Notes under the pieces: generated by a model
Told to the model about the DNA's origin: nothing
What the model saw: only the letters and a program-made list of their open reading frames with translations
Databases searched by the model: none
Shown: one piece after another, positions 1-8,729 of the stretch
How positions within the stretch are numbered: the first letter of the stretch is position 1
Layout of the letters: each line of letters begins with the position of its first letter
Source: an uncultured Eubacteriales bacterium
GTDB lineage: Bacteria > Bacillota > Clostridia > Oscillospirales > QAMX01
Length of the DNA stretch: 64,000 bases
Direction of reading: 5' to 3'
Assembly: GCA_934546935.1 (NCBI GenBank)
Contig: CAKTEH010000008.1
Location: forward strand, 669 to 64,668
Made by a program: the position numbers and the translations under genes

Positions 1-475
1 TATCGCTGCTTCCTCCGCCGATGTCCAAAATGGCACGGCCTTCCGGCCTGGAAAAGTCTAATCCTGCACCGATCGCTGCGGCAAGTGCAGTTTCTACTAA
101 GAATACCCGTCGCGCGCCTGCTGCTGCTCCTGCATCCAGCAAAGCGCGTTCTTCCAGCTGCGTTATTGAAGCGGGTACTGCGAAAATGACTTCGGGTTTT
201 GTAAGGCGATGCGCACAGATTTTTTTCATATATACACACAGCATTTCCCTACACATTTCGTAATCAGAGATTACCCCGCCTTTGATGGGCTTCAGTGCGC
301 TGATGCTTCCGGGTGTTCGCTCGAGCATTTGCTCAGCTTCCCTACCGATTGCAATAATGCGCCCATTTTCACGTTCTACTGCGAGAACGGAAGGCTCCCG
401 CAATACAATTCCTTTTTTTCTTTCAAAAATCAGAATGGAACTGCTTCCGAGGTCGATCCCCAGTGCTTTTGGCAT
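1..475 (-). CDS. mreB: Rod-shape protein MreB (actin-like ATPase), N-terminal part; gene continues past the left window edge
   Basis: Absent from the ORF track because there is no stop in the window. Manual minus-strand translation from ATG at 475 gives MPKALGIDLGSSSILIFERKKGIVLREPSVLAVERENGRIIAIGREAEQMLERTPGSISALKPIKGGVISDYEM...RVFLVETALAAAIGAGLDFSRPEGRAILDIGGGSSD. This shows the MreB/Mbl phosphate-1 (GIDLG) and phosphate-2 (DIGGG) signatures in the usual order. SD GGAAGGGAG ends 5 nt before the ATG. Confidence 0.85.
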   Translation of the reverse strand, partial: MPKALGIDLGSSSILIFERKKGIVLREPSVLAVERENGRIIAIGREAEQMLERTPGSISALKPIKGGVISDYEMCREMLCVYMKKICAHRLTKPEVIFAVPASITQLEERALLDAGAAAGARRVFLVETALAAAIGAGLDFSRPEGRAILDIGGGSSD

Positions 476-498
476 AAAAACTCCCTTCCTGTCGAGAA

Positions 499-534
499 AA
501 GCCACGGTTTTTAAAACCGTGGCTTGTCTTTTTT
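499..534. terminator. Hairpin terminator between comFC and mreB
   Basis: Perfect 11-bp stem AAGCCACGGTT / AACCGTGGCTT (499-509 / 515-525) with a 5-nt loop. On the minus strand it is followed by TTTTCTC, just after the comFC stop at 534-536. On the plus strand it is followed by GTCTTTTTT. Confidence 0.6.
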
Positions 535-1202
535 CATTTGTTATCTTTTCCGCCTGTACCGTGTGCAAGTGCAATACAGTAGACGTAAGCAGCTCCGGCT
601 TGATAGAGTGTTTTTGCACACTCGCAAAGCGTTGCGCCTGTTGTAACAATATCATCGACCAGAAGAATGCGTGCGCCACGTATCCGTTCCGGATGAATTG
701 TACAATACACGCCATGGACATTTCGGGATCTGTCCAACGCACCAAGTTTTGCCTGTTGACGATTGTGCTTACGTTTTCGCAGTGTTCCCACAAGTGGGAT
801 TGCGCTTGCGCGGGATAATTCGGAAGCAAGAAGCTTTGATTGATCGTAGGTACGGCGCATATGGCGAATTGGGCTAATCGGAGCCCAGCTGATGAAATCT
901 ACATGCGTACGCTTTTCTAATGCAGGCAGCATAAAATGCGCCAACCCGCGTGCGTATTGCGGCATACCTGAAAATTTAAAGCGCAGCAGTGCCAGCCGTA
1001 CTTCATCCCGATAGTCCAACGCGTATTCACATTTGCCGTATGTCCCGGGAAGCAGGATTTGCTGAATGCCGGAAGCTTCGTACTTATAAAGGCAGTCCGG
1101 ACAGATCAAGAGCCGGTGTTCATCATCAATGTCCCGCCTGCAAAACATACAGCGTGGAGGATAAAATAAATTGACAAGCTTTCTGATATAAAGATAACTC
1201 AT
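534..1202 (-). CDS. comFC: ComF family protein (ComFC-like, phosphoribosyltransferase fold)
   Basis: 222-aa ORF. N-terminal paired Cys motifs (PPRCMFCRR...ICPDCLYKY) and the C-terminal PRTase signature ILLVDDIVTTGATL are typical of ComFC. Its ATG overlaps the recD2 stop (ATGA). Confidence 0.85.
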   Translation of the reverse strand: MSYLYIRKLVNLFYPPRCMFCRRDIDDEHRLLICPDCLYKYEASGIQQILLPGTYGKCEYALDYRDEVRLALLRFKFSGMPQYARGLAHFMLPALEKRTHVDFISWAPISPIRHMRRTYDQSKLLASELSRASAIPLVGTLRKRKHNRQQAKLGALDRSRNVHGVYCTIHPERIRGARILLVDDIVTTGATLCECAKTLYQAGAAYVYCIALAHGTGGKDNK

Positions 1203-3409
1203 ACTCCATTAAAAATTGCACGAATCCTGTAGTGAAGTGCACTGTATCTTTTATGTTGGACGTTATTGGAGACCATTTTTTTGAAAATATCGTCGGAGCC
1301 TACAACGACTAGCTGTTGGCGAGCCCGTGTAATGGCAGTATAGAGCAGGTTTCGGGATAAAAGCCTGTGGTCCGCTTCGAAAACTGTCAGGACGGTTACA
1401 GGGAACTCACTTCCCTGTGCTTTATGTACGGTGATCGCATAGGCCAGCTCCAATTCAGAAAGCAGTTCCGGCGCATACACAGTTTCACGTTCTTCGTCAA
1501 AGCAGACGTGAATTGTTTGGGCTTGCATGTCAATATGCGTGATAACGCCGATATCCCCGTTAAAAACCCCGGCCGAAGCTTCGCGGCCGTCAAGATAGCG
1601 CAGAAGCAGGGTGTAGTCATTGCGCATCTGCATAACACGGTCGCCTTGTCGAAAAAGCCGGTCGCCAAAGCTTAACTCGGATTTTTTCGGAGATGGGGGG
1701 TTTAGTGCCTCCTGCAGTGCACGGTTGAGCGCTACTGTACCAGATTCACGTCTTTTTGAAGGGCAGATTACCTGGATTTGGGAAGGGTCGATTTTAAAAT
1801 AGGCAGGTAGCCGTTTAACGCAAAGTTCGACAACAGTCGCTGCGATTTCTGCCGGGTTGCTGCGCTTCATATAGAAAAAGTCCCCGCTGCTTTTCAATTC
1901 CGGCATATGCCCTTCATTGACTTCGTGTGCCGTAAGAACGATGCGGCTTTGCTGCGCCTGGCGAAAGATGGTTTGCAGGCGAACGATAGGAATGCAGCCG
2001 CATGCGATCAGATCTTTCAGTACGTTTCCCGGGCCAACTGCTGGGAGTTGGTCGGGGTCACCGACAAGAACCAGGCTGCATTGCTGTGGAAGCGCATGCA
2101 GCAGCGCTTCAAACAGGGGAAGGTCAACCATGGACAGCTCGTCCACAATGAGCAGATCGGCATCAATGGGATTTTCCTCATCTCTGGCAAATTCACATGT
2201 GCTTTCCTCTTCAGAAAATAAGGTTTCCAATAGCCTGTGAAGCGTCTTCGCTTCTGTGCCGCACAGCTCTCCTAAACGTTTGGCGGCCCTGCCTGTCGGT
2301 GCAGCCAGGACAACGCGCAAGCCATCTGCCTGCGCTATATCCAATATCGCCCGAACCGTAGTTGTCTTCCCGGTCCCAGGCCCGCCGGTGAGCACCATAA
2401 GCGGTTTGCTTGTCCCCAGCAGGATTGCTTCGCGTTGATCTGCGTCATAGCAGATTCCGGCATGCAGCTGCGCCTGCTCCAGAAGCTCTTCAGAGATCTT
2501 GCGAGATGGGCGGGCGGCCATCTCTGAGACGGCATGGGCGCAAAAACATTCCGCCTCATACATTTCAGCGAGGTAACAGGCATCTACCGTCCCTAAAGCC
2601 TCGCGTACAATCTCTCCGCGTTGGCATAAGCGCGTAAGCGCTTCTTCCATGTACTTTGTATCTCCCAGATCCAGCATCCCGGACGCTGCTTGGCAGAGCT
2701 TCCCTGCCGGAAGAAAGACATGGCCGTTTGCCATATTGTGAAAAAGGACGAAGCGCAGCGCTGCTTCAAACCGCTGCGGTGCATCGTCCGCGATGCCCAT
2801 ACTCCGCGCAAAATCGTCTGCCACTGCGAAGGTAACTCCAAAATAGGGATCAACCAGCACATAGGGATTGGCTTCAATCTGCGCCAGCGCCTGCATGCCA
2901 TAGCGTCGGTAAATCCGCAGGCCGGTTTCCTGTGAAAGGCCATTTTCTGATATAAATTCCAGCATTCGGCGCAGCGCCATGCGCGCCCGGAACTGTTCCC
3001 CGATTTTTTCGGCGCGTGCTTCGGTAAAACCGCGGATATCCATCAGGCGTTCGGGCGAATTGAGCAGGATATCCAGGCTTTCCATTCCGAATTTTTCCAC
3101 AATACGCCGTGCTGTTGCTGGACCGACACCTTCTAATACGCCGCTTGCCAGATAATCCGCAACATCGTCCGGCTCCTGCGGCAGCCATCGCTCAAAGCGG
3201 ATCGCCTTAAATTGTACGCCATAGCTGCGGTGCTGTCCCCAATAGCCATACAGTTCGAAATACTCGCCCGGCGCGGCATAGGGGATTGTCCCGACGACAG
3301 TCACGGTTCCGTTTTCCCCTGAAGCCAGCTTCATGACGGTATAGCCATTATTTGCGTTTGAAAAGATGACCGACAAGACCCGGCCTTCCAGATGTTCGCA
3401 GTTGTCCAT
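1199..3409 (-). CDS. recD2: RecD2-type SF1B DNA helicase (ATP-dependent RecD-like helicase)
   Basis: Track ORF is 1199-3502. I place the start at ATG 3409 (MDNCEHLEGRV...) because a G-rich SD (GGGGGAAG) lies just upstream. Walker A LTGGPGTGKTT, motif II LLIVDELSMVD, VGDPDQLPAVGPG and C-terminal AITVHKAQGSEF are present. The N-terminal OB/HhH-like region is as in RecD2. Confidence 0.9.
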   Translation of the reverse strand: MDNCEHLEGRVLSVIFSNANNGYTVMKLASGENGTVTVVGTIPYAAPGEYFELYGYWGQHRSYGVQFKAIRFERWLPQEPDDVADYLASGVLEGVGPATARRIVEKFGMESLDILLNSPERLMDIRGFTEARAEKIGEQFRARMALRRMLEFISENGLSQETGLRIYRRYGMQALAQIEANPYVLVDPYFGVTFAVADDFARSMGIADDAPQRFEAALRFVLFHNMANGHVFLPAGKLCQAASGMLDLGDTKYMEEALTRLCQRGEIVREALGTVDACYLAEMYEAECFCAHAVSEMAARPSRKISEELLEQAQLHAGICYDADQREAILLGTSKPLMVLTGGPGTGKTTTVRAILDIAQADGLRVVLAAPTGRAAKRLGELCGTEAKTLHRLLETLFSEEESTCEFARDEENPIDADLLIVDELSMVDLPLFEALLHALPQQCSLVLVGDPDQLPAVGPGNVLKDLIACGCIPIVRLQTIFRQAQQSRIVLTAHEVNEGHMPELKSSGDFFYMKRSNPAEIAATVVELCVKRLPAYFKIDPSQIQVICPSKRRESGTVALNRALQEALNPPSPKKSELSFGDRLFRQGDRVMQMRNDYTLLLRYLDGREASAGVFNGDIGVITHIDMQAQTIHVCFDEERETVYAPELLSELELAYAITVHKAQGSEFPVTVLTVFEADHRLLSRNLLYTAITRARQQLVVVGSDDIFKKMVSNNVQHKRYSALHYRIRAIFNGV

Positions 3410-3521
3410 GTCTTCCCCCAGCTTCGGATATTCGTGATAAAATCCACAAAACCAATGCGCGCAGGGTAAAATATCCTGCGGCGCTGATCGCATATGCGGC
3501 AACAGCTTCCCAAACTACCAT

Positions 3522-3716
3522 CTATTCCGCCCCCTTCGCCCCAGTATATGCTACAGCTATGTAATGTGCCAAAGAGATCCATATGTATAGGACGGCGGGA
3601 ATGTGCAAAATGAGGATGGGCAGGAGCTTGAAGGCATATACAGCGTATACCTGTATTATAACAAAAGCAGAGACTTGTTGCAACAAAGCATCCGTTTTAA
3701 AGTTAATGGCCGACAT
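3522..3716 (-). CDS. Possible small two-TM membrane protein (64 aa), hypothetical
   Basis: Inner ATG of track ORF 3522-3800. The product is MSAINFKTDALLQQVSAFVIIQVYAVYAFKLLPILILHIPAVLYIWISLAHYIAVAYTGAKGAE, with two hydrophobic stretches. There is no convincing SD and no recognisable family. It lies between the ribU terminator and recD2. Confidence 0.25.
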   Translation of the reverse strand: MSAINFKTDALLQQVSAFVIIQVYAVYAFKLLPILILHIPAVLYIWISLAHYIAVAYTGAKGAE

Positions 3717-3721
3717 TTTCA

Positions 3722-3755
3722 ATATAAAAAACACCCGGGAGAAGATCCCCCGGGT
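3722..3755 (-). terminator. Intrinsic terminator of ribU
   Basis: Stem ACCCGGG / CCCGGGT (3733-3739 / 3749-3755), followed on the minus strand by GTTTTTTATATT. It lies 46 nt after the ribU stop. Confidence 0.65.
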
Positions 3756-3800
3756 ATCTGGCAACGCGAACAGTGGAATAAATACCGGATAAAAACGCAC

Positions 3801-4352
3801 CTATGCCTCGCGGCTTTTCAGAAGCGACGGATATATCAGGCGATAAAGGATAAGCGTAATAATAGAATTGACGCCGAACTTGATAATATTAAACGGAAGA
3901 ATCGCCGGGAAGAGAAGCTGCTTTACGGTGTCCAACGGGACGCCATACATCGGTGTGAAAATCAGGTTCAGCGGGATCATGATCAGGCAGGCGGCAAGAA
4001 AGGCAAGCACGGTTGCCCACAGCGCAGCCCGGAAACTGCGTTTGAATACCCGGTACAGCAACCCGGAAACACAGACAAATAAACCGGTCGCTAAAAAGTG
4101 CATGCAAAATCCGATAACACCGCTTCCTGCGCTGACGGTCAGCGCCTGGATCGCACTGGCAGCGGCGGTTGCAAGCAGCGCCCAAAGCGGTCCGAACAGG
4201 AATCCCAAAAGCATCAGCGGAATGTCGGCCGGATCATATTCGAGCCATGCGGCTGCGGGGATAATTGGCAGATGGATGACAGCAATGAGCGCGACGGATA
4301 GCGCGATGCACATTGCTGCAATAACGAGTCGCCTTACATTGATTTTGTTCAT
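3801..4352 (-). CDS. ribU: Riboflavin transporter RibU (ECF transporter S component)
   Basis: Start set at ATG 4352 (MNKINVRRLVIAAMCIAL...), with GGAGG 7 nt upstream. It is a polytopic membrane protein with the RibU-like C-terminal AILPFNIIKFGVNSIITLILY motif. It lies directly downstream of an FMN riboswitch. Confidence 0.85.
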   Translation of the reverse strand: MNKINVRRLVIAAMCIALSVALIAVIHLPIIPAAAWLEYDPADIPLMLLGFLFGPLWALLATAAASAIQALTVSAGSGVIGFCMHFLATGLFVCVSGLLYRVFKRSFRAALWATVLAFLAACLIMIPLNLIFTPMYGVPLDTVKQLLFPAILPFNIIKFGVNSIITLILYRLIYPSLLKSREA

Positions 4353-4416
4353 AAAAAAACCTCCACACATCGGGGCGTGAAGGGTTGAAAAAGGCGGCAA
4401 ACCATGCTGGCATGCC

Positions 4417-4548
4417 AAGCTTCTTCCATCCGGACTATAACCGTCGGCGCCGGACTCAAACCGGACTCAGCCGCACTGCGGCTCGCGGGCTCATGCGCAA
4501 AACGCGCCATAACCGCCGGTGGGGATTTGCGCCCCGCCCCGAAGCTAA
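4417..4548 (-). promoter_or_regulatory. FMN riboswitch (RFN element) controlling ribU
   Basis: Minus strand reads GCTTCGGGGCGGGGCGCAAATCCCCACCGGCGGTTATGG..GAGCCCGCGAGCC..GGTTTGAGTCCGGCGCCGACGGTTATAGTCCGGATGGAAGAAGC. The conserved RFN cores (GGGGCGGGG..AAATCCCCACCGGCGGT, AGCCCGCGAGC, GCCGACGGTTATAGTCCGGATGGAAGAAG) and the closing P1 GCTTC/GAAGC are all present. A GCC-TTTTT tract follows at about 4395-4410 and may belong to the expression platform. Confidence 0.9.
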
Positions 4549-4592
4549 TTAATTTCTGGTACCGGACGCACGTTGCACCGATACCGTATGTC

Positions 4593-4621
4593 ATTATAAC
4601 ACTTGTATTTTCACATTGCAA
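4593..4621 (-). promoter_or_regulatory. Sigma-70-type promoter for the FMN riboswitch-ribU unit
   Basis: Minus strand reads TTGCAA (4621-4616), a 17-nt spacer, then TATAAT (4598-4593). It lies about 45 nt upstream of the riboswitch. Confidence 0.6.
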
Positions 4622-4657
4622 TATCGTTTACGGGTAAAAATCCGTTTTCCATAAATA

Positions 4658-5263
4658 TCAGGGATTTGTTTCCCCACGTACAGAATCCAAAACGGAAAAC
4701 AGCGTCTGTCTGTCATAAAGCGCATTCAGTGCAAGAAAAAGCTCGTTTGCGCTAAGACGTTCGGGAAGAGAGAGCGCGCGGGCCAGCGTGCGCCGTTTCC
4801 CGGCTGAATTTTCGCCGCCGGACAGTCCAAGCGCATAAAATTCTGCTTTGGTAACGCCGCCGCGGCCGCCAGTACTACTTTCTCCGAGAAAGTGCGCACC
4901 GCTTCGGCGGACGGATTCCACGATGACCGCGGCGTCCATACCCTCCACGCCGAGTTTTCCCTCTTTGGAGGCGATCCTTTTTCGTTTCTCTTTTCCATAT
5001 ATATCTGGGATATAGGCATGATACAGCTGCCCGCTTGGGATTGCGCCTTTGAGATAACGGCGGATCATGAAACCTGCGCCATCGCTGTCAGTAAGGATAA
5101 CCAGCCCGCGCTGCGCGGCAACTGCGCGAACGAAACTGAGCCGCTCACGGTCATTTAAGACGGAAAACCCACGGGTTTCCAAAATCAGCGTGTCAAAAAT
5201 CCCGGAAAGTTTTGCTTTATCATATCGGCCCTCTACCAGAATTGCTTCCTTAATTCTGTACAT
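4658..5263 (-). CDS. Toprim-domain protein, RNase M5-like (DUF4093-type)
   Basis: MYRIKEAILVEGRYDKAKL...GLVILTDSDGAGFMIRRYL shows the Toprim Glu (VEG) and DxD (TDSD) with a C-terminal helical tail, the same layout as RNase M5. The start at 5263 is preferred by homology (AGGAG 5 nt upstream). An alternative ATG at 5290 also has GGAGGA 9 nt upstream. Confidence 0.75.
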   Translation of the reverse strand: MYRIKEAILVEGRYDKAKLSGIFDTLILETRGFSVLNDRERLSFVRAVAAQRGLVILTDSDGAGFMIRRYLKGAIPSGQLYHAYIPDIYGKEKRKRIASKEGKLGVEGMDAAVIVESVRRSGAHFLGESSTGGRGGVTKAEFYALGLSGGENSAGKRRTLARALSLPERLSANELFLALNALYDRQTLFSVLDSVRGETNP

Positions 5264-5292
5264 AGTCGCTCCTGCCGTATTTTCCGGCATAC

Positions 5293-6309
5293 TTAATTTT
5301 CCTCCAGCGCGGCGTAACGCATAACAAACAGCCGGATCAGTTCATAAGGCTGGGCACGTGAAGATTTCAGCGCAGCGTCCGTTTCCATACACAGTACAAG
5401 CGCAGCCCGAAGCCGGGATAGGCTGATGCGCGAAGCACTGGAACGAATACGCCTGGCTATGGAAATATAACGCAGGGAAAGGATTTTCATAATATAATCC
5501 TCACCTTTTTGCGCATTTTGAGCAAGGCGGGCTGCATATAGCTGCCGCAGCTGCCGCGCGATGATTGCCAGTACGGCAATTGCCGGTTCCCCGGCACGTT
5601 CCAGGTCGCTGATCTTATCCAGCGCCTGCGCATACTTCCCTGCAGTCAGCATATCGCACATTTCAAATACCCTCGCCTCCACAGCCCGTGTGGCAACTGC
5701 GTCAATATCTTCCCGGCGGATTGGATCCCGGGATGCATAGGCGGAGATTTTTTCAATTTCCAACAAAAGTTCGTTCATATGCGGGGAGCAGAGGAAACAC
5801 AGATATTCGATATCCTCCCGGCCGATTGTATGTCCACGGTCGGCAAAGCAGCGTCTGACAAATCCGGCAAGCTCTTCGCCATCCGCCAGCGTGAACTCGG
5901 CAAAGACGGCTTTACGTGCGATATCTTTATATGCTTTCGTGCGGCGGTCGGGTTTCCATTGCGGATTTTCCATGGAAAACACAACGCAGCACTCTGGATT
6001 CAGGGCTTGTATCACTGCGCAGACATCATTTTTTATCGGATCAAAATCATGGATAAGGATAAACTTACACGCCGCCACAGCCGGAGGCGTGGAGACAGAT
6101 TCTGCAATTACTTCTGCCGTGACGTGTTCGCGCAGTTCGATAAAATCCCAAAGTGCGCCGGCATCTGGAACGAGCCGGCGTTTTAAAAAAGAAATTGCGG
6201 TTTCCCGCCGGTAGCTTTCCTCGCCGTAAAAGACATACAGCGGCTTTAACGGCTTTGTCCGCAGATCCAGAATAAACTGGCGTCCGACGCCGTCGCCTTT
6301 TTCTGCCAT
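5293..6309 (-). CDS. holA: DNA polymerase III delta subunit
   Basis: 338-aa ORF. The N-terminal LKPLYVFYGEESYRRE and the overall clamp-loader delta layout fit HolA. It lies in the conserved competence/holA neighbourhood. Confidence 0.85.
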   Translation of the reverse strand: MAEKGDGVGRQFILDLRTKPLKPLYVFYGEESYRRETAISFLKRRLVPDAGALWDFIELREHVTAEVIAESVSTPPAVAACKFILIHDFDPIKNDVCAVIQALNPECCVVFSMENPQWKPDRRTKAYKDIARKAVFAEFTLADGEELAGFVRRCFADRGHTIGREDIEYLCFLCSPHMNELLLEIEKISAYASRDPIRREDIDAVATRAVEARVFEMCDMLTAGKYAQALDKISDLERAGEPAIAVLAIIARQLRQLYAARLAQNAQKGEDYIMKILSLRYISIARRIRSSASRISLSRLRAALVLCMETDAALKSSRAQPYELIRLFVMRYAALEEN

Positions 6310-6478
6310 AGCGCGCCTCCTTTTTTATGCTTTTGAGTGCATTATAGCAAAGCAGGCTGCTGCTGTCAAACAACCTCCTGTAATTTGGATGCTGCAAAAA
6401 ATTGGAAGTTGGGGGAGGTCATAAAATCCCAATGCCGGTAAAAACTATCGGTAGAGAAAAAAACCGGAGGAAATCGCA

Positions 6479-7588
6479 ATGAAAAGAATCTGTGCGCTTA
6501 TTTGTGTCTGTGTTATGCTGACCGTATTATCCGGCGCGGCTATTGACATCCAGCCTGCTGGAGACGGCCTGCGTGGGATCATGCTGTGCACGCTGCCGGA
6601 AACAGGCCGGCTTATGTATGGCAAGGATCCGGTACACTGTGGCCAGGTCGTACTGGCCGAAGACCTTGGGCAGCTTCATTATCTTCCATCGGGCCGTGAA
6701 CCTGAAGCGTTCGATTATATAGAAGTCTATGAAAACGGGGAAGCCGGCCCGGTTATTTCCTGTGTACTGGCTTCGGATTACAACGAGGCGCCGCAGGCGT
6801 CTGCATGCGTATTGCGTACTTGGCGGAATTTAACAGCCTGCGGCGTCTTCCGCGCCAGCGATCCGGATGGGGATGCGCTGGAGTATAAAATTATCGCGTC
6901 TCCGACGAAAGGACGCGTATCCTGTATAGGCAGCGAATTTGTCTATACGCCGTATACCAATAAATCCGGCGACGACAGTTTTACCTATATTGTCCGGGAT
7001 GCTTACGGCGCCTGGAGTGAGGAAGCGACAGTCTCTGTAGAAATCCAAAAAAAGGACGCGCCGGTTGAATACAAGGATATGGAGACAAACCGGGCGCAGT
7101 ATGCTGCTGTCCGGCTTTATGATGAAGGTATTTATACGGGCGCCTCCTATGGGGGAAGCTATTGCTTTGCACCGGATGAGCCGCTCAGCCGCGGAGAATT
7201 TATCGCGATGGCCCTTTCTGCCGCACACATCGAGCCGACAGTCTGCGCTTCAACGGTTTTTGAGGACAATGATGCCATTCCGGTCTGGGCACGCGGATAT
7301 ATTGCGGCAGCTGCACAGCAGGGCCTGCTGCAAGGCGGATATGATGAAAGCGGCGCGCTGATATGCCGTGCCGGCGATTCAATTTCTGTTGGAGAAGCGG
7401 TGCACGTACTGGAACGGATTTGTGCGGATGCGTCGAACAATGAGGTGTTTGTCAGCGCCGCTGTGGATCTGCGGCAGCAGGAACAGTCTTTAACCCGCGC
7501 GGACGCTGCAGTAATGCTGTGCCGTGTATTGGACTTCCAAAAAGACGGGGAAACAATTGGGCTTTTCGGTTGGACAACCGCCGCATAA
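6479..7588 (+). CDS. Secreted protein with an Ig/cadherin-like domain and C-terminal SLH repeats
   Basis: Signal peptide MKRICALICVCVMLTVLSGAA. A DPDGDALEYKIIASPTKGRVS...FTYIVRDAYG cadherin-like repeat follows. SLH-type repeats are YKDMETNRAQYAAVRLYDEGIYTG...FAPDEPLSRGEFIAMAL, FEDNDAIPVWARGYIAAAAQQGLLQG and LTRADAAVMLCRVL. Confidence 0.7.
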   Translation: MKRICALICVCVMLTVLSGAAIDIQPAGDGLRGIMLCTLPETGRLMYGKDPVHCGQVVLAEDLGQLHYLPSGREPEAFDYIEVYENGEAGPVISCVLASDYNEAPQASACVLRTWRNLTACGVFRASDPDGDALEYKIIASPTKGRVSCIGSEFVYTPYTNKSGDDSFTYIVRDAYGAWSEEATVSVEIQKKDAPVEYKDMETNRAQYAAVRLYDEGIYTGASYGGSYCFAPDEPLSRGEFIAMALSAAHIEPTVCASTVFEDNDAIPVWARGYIAAAAQQGLLQGGYDESGALICRAGDSISVGEAVHVLERICADASNNEVFVSAAVDLRQQEQSLTRADAAVMLCRVLDFQKDGETIGLFGWTTAA

Positions 7589-7630
7589 GCAAACCGCTCC
7601 GGGAATTCCCGGAGCGGTTTGCTTATTTTA
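7588..7630 (+). terminator. Intrinsic terminator
   Basis: 17-bp stem AAGCAAACCGCTCCGGG / CCCGGAGCGGTTTGCTT with an AATT loop, followed by ATTTTA. It starts at the stop codon of the SLH gene. Confidence 0.75.
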
Positions 7631-7694
7631 AATGAAAATTGATAAAAGTGCCCTGCTTTTTGCTTTAAAGGCCCTCGCATGGTGGGAGAGGAGC

Positions 7695-8729
7695 TCAGTC
7701 CTCGACTTCGTCGGAATGCGCTGCGACAAATTCACGGTACTGTTCTAAATTGGAACGCAATAGCGCCGGCGTGTCGAGCTTATAGGGACAGCGGCTTGCA
7801 CAGGCATTGCAGTGCAGGCAGTCCTCAATTTTCTCCATGTCTGCCTGGAATGAGCGGGTGATAAAGCGCTTGTAAGGCAGACGGCGGATCATGTAAATAA
7901 CGCGCGCAGCCATATTGATTGGGATACCTACCGGGCACGGCAGGCAATAGCCGCAGCCGCGGCAGAAATCGCCGAGAAGCTCGCCGCGGTCATGTTCAAT
8001 TACTGCACGCATGGCGTCGTCAAGCGCGGGCGGCGCATTGTTGTAGGAAAGCCACTCGTCCAGCTCGTGGTCATGCTGCACGCCCCAGATCGGCAGGACG
8101 TTGTCATATTGGCTCATATAGGCATATGCGGCGGCGGAATTGGTAATCAAACCGCCGGACATACCCTTCATGGCAAGGAAGCCGACGTTGCGTTCTTTAC
8201 AGGCGTTGACAAGGCTGATGTCAAGATCCGTAGCCAAGTAGCTGAAAGGGAACTGCAGGCTGTCGTATAAACCGCTTTCCACCGCTTTTCGTGCCGTATC
8301 CGCACGGTGATTGGTGATGCCGATAAAACGGATTTTCCCTTGCTTTTTCGCTTCAGCCATCGCTTCGTACAGGCCGCTGCCATCGCCAGGAAGCGGGCAG
8401 AAATCGGGGTTATGGAACTGATAGATGTCGATATAGTCGGTGCGCAGCATTTTTAAGCTTGTGTCCAAATCGTCCCAAAAGCCTTTAACTGTTGTCGAAG
8501 GGGTTTTTGTGGAGATAAACAGGCGCTCGCGCACATGCTCAAACGCACAACCGAGTTTTTCTTCGCTATCGGTGTAGCCGCGTGCGGTATCAAAGAAGTT
8601 GACGCCGTTGTAAAAAGCTTTTTGCAGGATATAGACGCTTTCTTTCAAATCTACGCGCTGGATGGGAAGGGCTCCAAAACCGTTTTTGCAGGCTTTGATG
8701 CCTGTGCGTCCTAGGGTTACATAGGTCAT
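7695..8729 (-). CDS. Aldo/keto reductase fused to a C-terminal 2x[4Fe-4S]-type Cys-cluster domain
   Basis: Start set at ATG 8729 (MTYVTLGRTGIKACKNGFGALPIQR). AKR core motifs are present (FFDTARGYTDSEEKLG, IRFIGITNH). C-terminal clusters are CRGCGYCLPCP and CLHCNACASRCP. Confidence 0.85.
   Translation of the reverse strand: MTYVTLGRTGIKACKNGFGALPIQRVDLKESVYILQKAFYNGVNFFDTARGYTDSEEKLGCAFEHVRERLFISTKTPSTTVKGFWDDLDTSLKMLRTDYIDIYQFHNPDFCPLPGDGSGLYEAMAEAKKQGKIRFIGITNHRADTARKAVESGLYDSLQFPFSYLATDLDISLVNACKERNVGFLAMKGMSGGLITNSAAAYAYMSQYDNVLPIWGVQHDHELDEWLSYNNAPPALDDAMRAVIEHDRGELLGDFCRGCGYCLPCPVGIPINMAARVIYMIRRLPYKRFITRSFQADMEKIEDCLHCNACASRCPYKLDTPALLRSNLEQYREFVAAHSDEVED

Noticed and set aside
21-818. 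Plus-strand ORFs 21-263, 209-514 and 282-818 at the left edge.
   Set aside because: They lie opposite the clearly recognisable mreB and comFC reading frames and cross the hairpin terminator. No motifs are present.
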